Shown in pieces: positions 19,478 to 27,737 of a stretch of 64,000 nt of DNA. Made by a program: the position numbers and the translations under genes. The notes beneath the pieces are model-generated. The model did not search any database. It saw only the letters and a list, made by a program, of their open reading frames with translations, and was not told where the DNA came from. The stretch is taken from assembly GCA_001773215.1 (NCBI GenBank), contig MEWB01000001.1, positions 806,099 through 870,098 on the forward strand. Reading direction: 5' to 3'. Every line of letters begins with the position of its first letter. The first letter of the stretch is position 1. Source of the stretch: a candidate division WWE3 bacterium RIFOXYC1_FULL_40_10. Lineage in GTDB: Bacteria > Patescibacteriota > WWE3 > UBA101185 > UBA10185.

Positions 19478-20473
19478 ATGATTATATTAGGAATCGAAAC
19501 ATCATGCGATGAAACTGCCGCCGCTTTAGTTGAAAACGGCGTAAAGGAATTATCAAGCGAAATAGCTTCATCCAAGGATTTTCACGAAAAAACAGGAGGT
19601 ATAGTGCCTGAAATTGCCGCCAGAAAGCAATTAGAATGCATCGTTCCGGTCATTGAGTCGACCCTAAAAAAGGGGAATGTTAAGCCTGCTCAACTAGATG
19701 CCATTGCAGTAACCGTTGGTCCGGGTTTAATTGGGTCATTAATTGTTGGAGTTGAGTCAGCGAAGGCTTTATCTTTGGCGTGGCATAAACCTGTTGTTCC
19801 CGTTAATCACTTGGTAGCACACATATATGCTAATTTTATCGGAGGAGGAGTTATTGAATTTCCCTTTGTGGCTTTGTTAGTAAGTGGCGGCCACACCGAC
19901 CTAATCTTATTACGAGCTCATGATGATTTTGACTATTTAGGGGGAACGTTGGATGATGCCGCCGGAGAAGCTTTTGATAAAACCGCCCGCCTGATAGGAA
20001 TTTCTCGATATCTGGGAGGTGCTAAATTGTCGAAACTTGCTTCAACCTGTGAAAAAAATACTTTGTCTGGAAGGTTACCGCGACCGCTACTTCACGACAA
20101 CAGCCTGGATTTTTCATTTTCGGGGCTTAAAACAGCAGTAAAAAGACTTTATGAAACAGAACACCCCGATGTATCCTGTATCTCAAAGGAATTTGAAACA
20201 GCTGTTGTGGATGTGTTAGTTGAAAAAACTACTAAGGCTGTAAAAAGGTGTGGGGTTAAAAGCGTGTTGTTAGGGGGCGGTGTTGCTGCAAATATGTTTC
20301 TGAGGGAGGCTTTAAAAGGCAAATTGAGTGAAATAGGGGTGTCTCTGCATGTTCCTTCTTTAGACCTGTGTACGGATAATGCTGTGACCGTGGCATCCCG
20401 AGCATTTTTCGCCCACACTCCCCTGCCGTTATCGAGTATAGTGGCAAACCCCTCGTTAGGTTTTATGGACTAG
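19478..20473 (+). CDS. tsaD: tRNA N6-adenosine threonylcarbamoyltransferase TsaD
   Basis: MIILGIETSCDETAAALVENG... and the Kae1/TsaD family His motifs (HLVAHIYA). Confidence 0.85.
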   Translation: MIILGIETSCDETAAALVENGVKELSSEIASSKDFHEKTGGIVPEIAARKQLECIVPVIESTLKKGNVKPAQLDAIAVTVGPGLIGSLIVGVESAKALSLAWHKPVVPVNHLVAHIYANFIGGGVIEFPFVALLVSGGHTDLILLRAHDDFDYLGGTLDDAAGEAFDKTARLIGISRYLGGAKLSKLASTCEKNTLSGRLPRPLLHDNSLDFSFSGLKTAVKRLYETEHPDVSCISKEFETAVVDVLVEKTTKAVKRCGVKSVLLGGGVAANMFLREALKGKLSEIGVSLHVPSLDLCTDNAVTVASRAFFAHTPLPLSSIVANPSLGFMD

Positions 20474-20505
20474 TATTAAAGCTAGCTTTTATGTAAAATT
20501 TACAT

Positions 20506-20847
20506 ATGAACCAACCTTCTGGTCCTTTTGATATGCTTAAAGACGTTGTCGGAGAATCGGAAATACCCGCGCCCGGTCATATTACTTCAGTTTGGGATAT
20601 CGCCGCGGCAATCGCAAATTTTATGACTCTTATGGCTGCCGGATTGGCAATCGCCGGATTGGCTTATGCCTTTGTACAGTATGCGACCAGTCAGGGAGAT
20701 CCTAAAGCTGTGGATAGGGCTCAAAAGGCTGTTACAGGGTCTGTGGTGGCCTTCGTTGTCACTTTTTTGCTGTGGTCTATCCGAAGAATAATAATTGGTA
20801 CCTTAACGCAAGAAGGAGTATATATCGGAAATGATCCGGGGATTTAA
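20506..20847 (+). CDS. Pilin-like small two-helix membrane protein (TrbC/VirB2-like topology) with ~35-aa leader
   Basis: Two hydrophobic helices separated by ATSQGDPKAVDRAQKAVTG; paralog of 10070..10423. Confidence 0.4.
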   Translation: MNQPSGPFDMLKDVVGESEIPAPGHITSVWDIAAAIANFMTLMAAGLAIAGLAYAFVQYATSQGDPKAVDRAQKAVTGSVVAFVVTFLLWSIRRIIIGTLTQEGVYIGNDPGI

Positions 20848-20848
20848 T

Positions 20849-21301
20849 ATGAAGAACATAATAACTTTTTTAGTAACCATAGCTTTTATTTCAACCCTAA
20901 CGGGTTCGTATGCTCAGGCAACTTGGAGAGATTATTGTGAGTTGGAAGCAACTTCCCAAGACCCTCCTCCAGAGGCTATTATATGCCCGATAGGTAAACT
21001 TCTTACTATTGGAGTATATGCTGTGGGGGCAGTTTTTGTAGCTGTTATGGCTTTTGGCGCTTGGAAAATGTCGATGGCTTTGGGAGATGCCCGTGCTTTG
21101 GAGGGGGCTAAGATGACCTGGACTTATGCAGTAATGGGCCTTTTTATTGTATTGGCCTTTTTTGGGTCTTTTTCTATGATATCAGGCATGCTTGGAATTC
21201 GAAGTGATACCTTTATTGCCACTCCGGAAGCTTTGGTAGATAAAATGGCAGAAGGCTTGTCTAATCTTCTGGAAGTAGCTCAAGTAACAACCACTCCGTA
21301 A
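20849..21301 (+). CDS. Pilin-like two-helix membrane protein with signal peptide; paralog of 10471..10794
   Basis: Start refined to MKNIITFLVTIAFISTL (signal peptide) directly after the upstream stop; two helices separated by ALGDARALEGAK. Confidence 0.4.
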   Translation: MKNIITFLVTIAFISTLTGSYAQATWRDYCELEATSQDPPPEAIICPIGKLLTIGVYAVGAVFVAVMAFGAWKMSMALGDARALEGAKMTWTYAVMGLFIVLAFFGSFSMISGMLGIRSDTFIATPEALVDKMAEGLSNLLEVAQVTTTP

Positions 21302-21309
21302 GTCTAAAT

Positions 21310-21765
21310 TTATTTATAAAGTCCTCCCTCAAGAAATTCGGTTTCAATCGTGGGCATAATATCGATTTTATTTACACTAATTTCGTAGCTTTTAGTTTTG
21401 GTTAAGGTCACTTTATATGTGTTTTTTCCTACAGGCACGTATTCGGGAGCCACATAAACTACAATTGTTGAGTTTCTATCGATCCTACTGCTAAATTTTA
21501 GAGGGGGCTCTATTGAGACACTTATGTCCTCGTCTTCGATATCTCTGTCTAAATAAAATTTCAAAATGAGAGCGGCTCCCCTATCAAGTTCTATATCTTC
21601 TAATATTTCAGGAGAGGTCTTTAGTACAACAGGGTCTCTTATATTTACCTGTTTATAATTTGGTGTGATGTTTTCTCCTCCAGGGTTTATAAGATTCCAA
21701 AAGTACCAAAATCCCCCGATGATTGCTGTCAATATTATTAGTCTTAATATATTTTTTTTATCCAT
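21310..21765 (-). CDS. Bitopic membrane protein: N-terminal TM helix plus ~110-aa beta-rich extracytoplasmic domain (VirB8-like topology, speculative)
   Basis: Start refined to MDKKNILRLIILTAIIGGFWYFW with AGGTAGGAAG SD; 5 nt downstream of the giant gene stop. Confidence 0.45.
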   Translation of the reverse strand: MDKKNILRLIILTAIIGGFWYFWNLINPGGENITPNYKQVNIRDPVVLKTSPEILEDIELDRGAALILKFYLDRDIEDEDISVSIEPPLKFSSRIDRNSTIVVYVAPEYVPVGKNTYKVTLTKTKSYEISVNKIDIMPTIETEFLEGGLYK

Positions 21766-21770
21766 ACTTC

Positions 21771-24700
21771 CTACCTTGATGGAGCGATGCAAACGTGTGA
21801 TTCAGGAACCACTTGATCTCCGTCTATTGTTAATTCTACATGAACATGGTCGTATATGGCGCCTGTGGGGTAGGGTGAAAGTACTGTACCTATTTGGTCC
21901 CCAGGTGAAAATGATCCTGATGGACATGAAACCAAATGGGATACCCCCATCTCATATTTTCCTTCATCACCGTCTCCTATAAAACCCGCCATAACACCGG
22001 CAGAGGCGCCTTTATACGTTAAATTCCAACATCTTGACGAATCCCATGTTGTTACGCCCCCAATAGAAGGCGCAATTGCTGTGTAGTCGGATGTGTTAGG
22101 GTGTACATCTACAGCATATCCCCAACCATCTCCAAGAGGGCTTTGATCAGAGCACCAGTTATTAGAGTTATAAGGGCCTTTAATTTTATCCGGCCACTGT
22201 GGTATAGAGTAGGAGCATTCGTAATTACATGAATCCCTGTCAACATGACCGCACCAATAATCATTTGATCCATGGGCGTACATATCTGCCTCATTTCCGG
22301 CATAGGAGTGTCCCCATCCGGCTCTAGTGTAATGCTCTAAAACGCAGGGGTAATCTCCGGTTTCTTCTTCCGCAGGGCAAACCGGATTTCCTGAATCATC
22401 TTGATCACATGCATCTCCTTTTTCAGTGTTCGGGCAACATTGGTCATTGCAGCAAATGCCTTCGCAGTCCTCTTCGCAGGAACCTTCCTCCGGAGGCTCA
22501 GCCACCTTACAGACCTTGTCAGGTGCACATGTGGCCTCCTCATCGCAGCATATTGGGTTGCTGGCACAGCTTTGTCCCGTTGGAATACACTTTTCTTTCA
22601 TTGGAGGATAAATGCTAAAAGTAGCGTGAGCTTCTCCTTGTACACTCGGTATTGGGGGGTCTTCCGATGTTCCCGGAATATCTATTGTGGCAGTCGCTAC
22701 TATTCTGGAATTCATTTTTCCTAGCGCTTTTTTTCCATTGTTTGCCGGCATTTTAATTGGCGTCTCCGAATTGGTTGCAAATGCCGACGTGCTAATGCCT
22801 CCTCCGTCTGTATACACAACGCTTACATCGCCATTCAGATCTATCTGTTCTACAACCAAAGTGTATCCTGCGGAACCCTTTATTCGGGTTAAATCGATTT
22901 TTGGTTCAACGACTAACTCATACCTAGCCTCAGTTCCCTCACTTGTATATGGTTCGGGGGGGTTAGTAATATCCACGCCGTTATGGGTTACTATCACGTC
23001 TAGTCGAACATCAGCTACTTGTGTGATTGAGCCGGTAGCTGCATCGAGTACGGAAGAGTCGGAGTTTGAGGCTAGTTGTTTGTTTGCATCCGCATACCGT
23101 ATTTCGTTAATTAAGACACCTTCTTGGTCTTCCGCTAAATTAGAAAACCATTTAGTAGGATCAAGCGGTGACAGTGCTGACCCTATAATAGTTTGAAGAA
23201 GAATCACAAACAACGCCATTGGAGCCATAATTAAAAGAGTTATATACGAAAGGGTTTTAATTATTTGTTGAATTTGTTTATCTACTGCTCTGAAAGCTTT
23301 TGTGAGGTCGCCTGTAGCGATACCCGAAATCAAATCCTTGCCAAACACAAGAGTTTTCTTAAAAAGTATTCGCAGGATCGGAACTAAAAATTTTTCTACC
23401 AGCGGAGCTAAAAAGGCCCCAATACCCCCGGTTAAAGCCCCCAATCCAAACTTTAACCCAAGCTTAAGCAAAAGCTTACTCAGCATGTTCTTAATTGCAG
23501 TTGATAATCCTCTAAATGCGGCACCGAAAACCTTGGTTAGACCCTCGAAACCCAATTCCTGTAAGCGGTCCTGCCACCCGGGGATCATCATTAGCCACTT
23601 TCCTATCGCGTACCTTTTCCCCCCAATTACTACGCCAAAATTTTTTATAGCCGTTTGAACCTGGTTAAGTTTTGACCAAACTCTCTGAAGGTGTCCTATA
23701 TATTTTGTTGTTATTTTGAAGGTATCCGGATTGGCATTCTCCCTTTTTAAGGCATAATAGAGAGCAAGCATAAAACCTTCGCTATCTAAATCCGCACCAT
23801 TAAACTTATTTAAGCCCCGTAAATAATCCTTAAATTCTTTCAGTTGCTTGTCAAAATATGCGCCGTCTTCAGCTGATAGTTTTATTCCCAAAGCTTGAAA
23901 TATAGCCAAGCGGGTAGCATTGTCTGAAAACTTGGCTTTTTCTGCCAACAAAGACGCCAAAAGCTTTGGATCCAAGTGCATCAAGTCCCCCATTAAGTGT
24001 GTAGCATTAGATGTTCTCGCAGCATCTCCGCTTCCGACGACAAATTCGAAAATTTTATCTCCAAGCATTCCGTTCGCGGTGATATTTACGCCATTTACAA
24101 GCCTTAAAGCTTCTTGCCTATTCTTTTCAAGTTTTGCATAAATTGTAGAGTTTAATCTTTTTAGGTAATCTTCTTCCGATTCGTTTTTTAGCTTTTCTAA
24201 TACCAACTTTGATCTTACGCGTTTATAATATTCGGCATCCTCTTCCCATCGCCACTCTTTTGTCAACGGATCCTTTACCCTGACCTTAGCCAAGGTTCCC
24301 TTTGCGGCCTTATTTCGGTAACTTAAATTTATTCCATGCGATAAATCCGCGTTTCCCAGCTTAACATCGAATTTGTACTGGTGCCCAGAGCCCAAATTAT
24401 CAGTGTTTTCCCTTTCGTCTACTATCAGGCCAAAATAGTGAGTTCTTTTAAGGGTTCTATCAATTATTGTTCCTGTAGTGACCTTGTCGACCCATGGTTT
24501 AAGAACTTTATTGTATAGATGTCTCTGTACCAGTTTTCCCTCGGCCAAATCGTCTATTAACTGTTCACAATCGCGCTGTATACGCTCTGTTTGCTCTCCC
24601 CTAAGTAAAGCCATAACCTTTTTGGATCTGGTTCCATCGGCTTCTTGCAAAATATCCGCCATTCCTCTCGCACCCCTTTTTGAGTAAATTAGGCCGTTTT

Positions 24701-26348
24701 CTATTCTTAAGTCAAACTCTCTTTTTAGATTAGGCCCCAAGAATTCATCCCCGCCTTCAAGTTTTCTTCCGCGGTAGGTTACGTTATCGATCAAAGCGTG
24801 TTGAACTCTCGCTGCGCTTCTTACATCGGCGCCTTTTATGGAAGCCCCAATGTCTTGGTATACTCCTGTTACTTTCTTTTTGTTGTCCGAAACTATACTT
24901 CCGGCAGAATCCCTCTCTACAAACCGGGTTAAGTTACTTCTTACACCATCTACTTTTTTGTCTAGTTTCTCAACATATCCTTCCAGATTTGACAAGTAAC
25001 CATTATGCTTATTGGTTACAGCCCTTAGTTCGGCTATTCTGGCTCTCACATCGGCTGTTCTTTCTTGGACTTGTTCCAGAGTTCCCGATCCGCATCTCAA
25101 AATCTTATCCCCCTCTATCTTGACGCCAATTTCCTGATCGGTGACAGTTGCCCACTTTGTAGGATCGGGTGCTCTCCCCTCAGCTTTAGCTTTATTAAGT
25201 TCTGCTTTTTGTTTCTCCCCTAATACTCGTATTCTGATGTTTTCAATATTCTGCAGTGTTTTGTCTCTAAGCTCATCCGACATTACTTCATCAGGATTCA
25301 CAATCCAGTCGTTTTTGGTTTTTAGTAAGTTTGCGATGGGAGCGGAGGCGTCTGCTTGGCTATAGATACCCAAAAATCCCTTTTGTAGTCCATGTTCCCC
25401 TCTTGCCTCTTCAAGAGCGGCCAGGGATTTTGATAGTGCCAATTCTTTTTGAAATACGGCAAATTGAGTTTGATCATGGGCACTTGAACCTGCTAATACA
25501 CTCGAGAGTTCTTGTTCTATAGCGTCAAAAGAAGCTACTCTAACTTTGTCCTGTGCCATTCCTCTGGTAAATTTTACTTTCTCAAAGGCTTCAAGATTTA
25601 TCATCTTGGCGGCCACATCTCCAAAGGCGGCATCCAGTTCCAAATCCCTGCTTCTTTGGATCGGATCACTGGACTTTCCCAAATACAAAGGGTTAGCTGT
25701 TCCGGCAGGTTCTCCAAGAGCCCTGCCTCCCTTCGAGCGGGCTTCCGCGATTGCTCTTTCAATTCCAGACATCGAGTGCTCTTTGCCTTCGTCATCTACC
25801 CAAGAAACGTATTCGTTTTTTAGTAGGGTTTCTTCCCACGCATCCTTGCTGTATTTGGTGGCAAAATCTCCAAAGTTGCTTTTAGCTAAATCTTTCACAT
25901 CCACACCTGTTCCTGCTTTCACCCAGTCGTTAAGGGTGTTCTTTACCTGAGTCTTGAAATTTTCACTAACAGTTCCTTTGCCGGAAACCCAGTCCAGTGG
26001 ATTTAACGAAAGGTTCACACCAAATGCTCCCGGAAGTTCACCGTAGTCATAATCGTAGAATTCACCAATATCCGAATTTACAGGTTTAATAGTTGCTTTG
26101 AGTTTGTTTTTAAAGTCATTAATTATTTCATCCCTAATCTGCCCGGGAAGTCCCTCTATGTCAAAAGCCATATCATCTATTGCTTGTGTAAAATCTGCAA
26201 AAGGGTACTCGATAGGTTTTACATAATCTCTGGGTTGAAACGGTTTTGGTTCTTTTTCTCCTTGGTAATAACCGGGGTAAAAGGGACTCATACCGGTTTT
26301 ATCGGCGGGTTCCGGTATATATCCTGCATAAAAGGGGTTTACTGCCAT
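21771..26348 (-). CDS. Giant 1,525-aa membrane protein: ~1,000-aa N-terminal coiled-coil-rich cytoplasmic region, TM cluster, extracellular Cys-rich module and C-terminal M23/LytM-like peptidase domain
   Basis: No signal peptide; hydrophobic helices about 1,000-1,100 aa in; Cys-rich CCDEEATC...SCEEDCEGICCNDQCC; C-terminal GYAVDV...GVSHL...GDQIGTVLSPYPTGAIYDHVHVEL resembles the M23 HxxxD/HxH region. Confidence 0.55.
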   Translation of the reverse strand: MAVNPFYAGYIPEPADKTGMSPFYPGYYQGEKEPKPFQPRDYVKPIEYPFADFTQAIDDMAFDIEGLPGQIRDEIINDFKNKLKATIKPVNSDIGEFYDYDYGELPGAFGVNLSLNPLDWVSGKGTVSENFKTQVKNTLNDWVKAGTGVDVKDLAKSNFGDFATKYSKDAWEETLLKNEYVSWVDDEGKEHSMSGIERAIAEARSKGGRALGEPAGTANPLYLGKSSDPIQRSRDLELDAAFGDVAAKMINLEAFEKVKFTRGMAQDKVRVASFDAIEQELSSVLAGSSAHDQTQFAVFQKELALSKSLAALEEARGEHGLQKGFLGIYSQADASAPIANLLKTKNDWIVNPDEVMSDELRDKTLQNIENIRIRVLGEKQKAELNKAKAEGRAPDPTKWATVTDQEIGVKIEGDKILRCGSGTLEQVQERTADVRARIAELRAVTNKHNGYLSNLEGYVEKLDKKVDGVRSNLTRFVERDSAGSIVSDNKKKVTGVYQDIGASIKGADVRSAARVQHALIDNVTYRGRKLEGGDEFLGPNLKREFDLRIENGLIYSKRGARGMADILQEADGTRSKKVMALLRGEQTERIQRDCEQLIDDLAEGKLVQRHLYNKVLKPWVDKVTTGTIIDRTLKRTHYFGLIVDERENTDNLGSGHQYKFDVKLGNADLSHGINLSYRNKAAKGTLAKVRVKDPLTKEWRWEEDAEYYKRVRSKLVLEKLKNESEEDYLKRLNSTIYAKLEKNRQEALRLVNGVNITANGMLGDKIFEFVVGSGDAARTSNATHLMGDLMHLDPKLLASLLAEKAKFSDNATRLAIFQALGIKLSAEDGAYFDKQLKEFKDYLRGLNKFNGADLDSEGFMLALYYALKRENANPDTFKITTKYIGHLQRVWSKLNQVQTAIKNFGVVIGGKRYAIGKWLMMIPGWQDRLQELGFEGLTKVFGAAFRGLSTAIKNMLSKLLLKLGLKFGLGALTGGIGAFLAPLVEKFLVPILRILFKKTLVFGKDLISGIATGDLTKAFRAVDKQIQQIIKTLSYITLLIMAPMALFVILLQTIIGSALSPLDPTKWFSNLAEDQEGVLINEIRYADANKQLASNSDSSVLDAATGSITQVADVRLDVIVTHNGVDITNPPEPYTSEGTEARYELVVEPKIDLTRIKGSAGYTLVVEQIDLNGDVSVVYTDGGGISTSAFATNSETPIKMPANNGKKALGKMNSRIVATATIDIPGTSEDPPIPSVQGEAHATFSIYPPMKEKCIPTGQSCASNPICCDEEATCAPDKVCKVAEPPEEGSCEEDCEGICCNDQCCPNTEKGDACDQDDSGNPVCPAEEETGDYPCVLEHYTRAGWGHSYAGNEADMYAHGSNDYWCGHVDRDSCNYECSYSIPQWPDKIKGPYNSNNWCSDQSPLGDGWGYAVDVHPNTSDYTAIAPSIGGVTTWDSSRCWNLTYKGASAGVMAGFIGDGDEGKYEMGVSHLVSCPSGSFSPGDQIGTVLSPYPTGAIYDHVHVELTIDGDQVVPESHVCIAPSR

Positions 26349-26405
26349 ACTTAGTTATTCTATAATAATTATGTTGTAATTGTACCTCATTTTAAGGGTT
26401 AATTT

Positions 26406-27734
26406 ATGAGTTTTTTTAGAAGACTGCCTTACATTTTTAGCTTGTTATTAATACTAGCTCCTGTGTTGTCGACCCCGGTACTCGCTGCAAAATGCGACTT
26501 GCCTCAATGCGAACTAGAAAAAAAATCATCAAGATTTAGAATTTCCAAGTTTGGTATTAACCTACCAAACATGATAGGACAGGCAATCGAATCAATTCCC
26601 GAGGTACTTTTCGATGCTATATCCGGCAGGACTCTTACCGAGGTTGTTCAGTGTGAGGATAAACTCAGGGCCAAGGTAGGACTAACTGGAGATGTAGGGT
26701 GGGATCCTGCCTTTGGTTCTTCAGAGGAGGTTTGTAAAGCAGTGGCAGGAGAGATAGCGTTTTTCGGTGGTTTTGGGACAAGCCCTATTCCCGGAAGTGC
26801 CCTAGGCATGGCATATGGTTTAGAGCATGGTTTAAAATCCACTCCCCCTCCGGTTAACCTTGCTTATTTTTGGAATCGCACCATAGAGGACCTTCCGATA
26901 GCTAACAAGGCATTAGCGGCCGATGTGCAGTACAATTCACCTCTCCTAGATGTTTTTTACTCGTTATGGCAATTATCCCGAAATGTATCCCTGGCTCTTA
27001 TGTCGGTAATATTGCTTGTAATAGGCATAATGATCATTTTACGAAAAAAAGTGAACCAGCAGGCTGTTGTTACAATTCAGTATGCCATTCCAAGGATAGT
27101 AGTGTCATTTATATTAATACTGTTTAGCTATCCCATAGGTGGTATTATGGCAAGTTTAGGGTGGAATTTGTTTTCCAATGCATGGAGGATAGTATTCGAG
27201 TTTATGGGGGATAATATCTCCGCCCCTGTTGATGCGACAGGGAAAATTATGGGTTTTTCGGGGGCTTTTTCCCTCCTTGCCATTGTGGTATCTGGCGTTT
27301 TGTTCTTTAGCGGAGCAGGAGTGGTCTTGCTTACGTTTGCTATAGGATTACTAATAGTTCTTATTCTGATGTTTGTGTATCTTAGCGTTAAAGCATTTCT
27401 AATCTATTTAAAACTCATCATGTCGATAATGTCTGCACCTATAGAGTTTGTTATAGCCGCAATACCAGGCAGTGAAACCAGAATATCCGCTTGGTTCAAA
27501 CGTATGGCCATCTATGTACTTACTCTGTTTGGGATGGGGGCAATGGTTCCTATAGGAATTCTGGTTAGTTTCAAACTGCTGGAAGGTTCTGTAAACGCCA
27601 ATCAGCTGGGGTGGGGCTACCTAATAGGCATGTTCGGCCCTGTGTTTGCTATTCTTTACTGCTTTGGTGCTGCAATTAGAATGGAAACAACAATAACTAA
27701 GTTTATCGATCCTGACTCACTAAAGAAGAGATAG
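26406..27734 (+). CDS. Polytopic membrane protein with signal peptide, ~180-aa extracytoplasmic N-domain and at least 6 TM helices (VirB6/TrbL-like topology, inferred)
   Basis: Signal peptide ending VLAAKC; Cys-containing N-domain; dense TM helices in the C-terminal 250 aa. Confidence 0.4.
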   Translation: MSFFRRLPYIFSLLLILAPVLSTPVLAAKCDLPQCELEKKSSRFRISKFGINLPNMIGQAIESIPEVLFDAISGRTLTEVVQCEDKLRAKVGLTGDVGWDPAFGSSEEVCKAVAGEIAFFGGFGTSPIPGSALGMAYGLEHGLKSTPPPVNLAYFWNRTIEDLPIANKALAADVQYNSPLLDVFYSLWQLSRNVSLALMSVILLVIGIMIILRKKVNQQAVVTIQYAIPRIVVSFILILFSYPIGGIMASLGWNLFSNAWRIVFEFMGDNISAPVDATGKIMGFSGAFSLLAIVVSGVLFFSGAGVVLLTFAIGLLIVLILMFVYLSVKAFLIYLKLIMSIMSAPIEFVIAAIPGSETRISAWFKRMAIYVLTLFGMGAMVPIGILVSFKLLEGSVNANQLGWGYLIGMFGPVFAILYCFGAAIRMETTITKFIDPDSLKKR

Positions 27735-27737
27735 AGC

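Noticed and set aside
22687-25950. Several plus-strand ORFs of 100-170 aa (22687..23196, 23302..23658, 25512..25823, 25546..25950 and others) inside the 1,525-aa minus-strand gene
   Set aside because: They lie fully antisense within a long continuous ORF with coherent domain content, have no SD, and have low-complexity translations. They are spurious six-frame ORFs.
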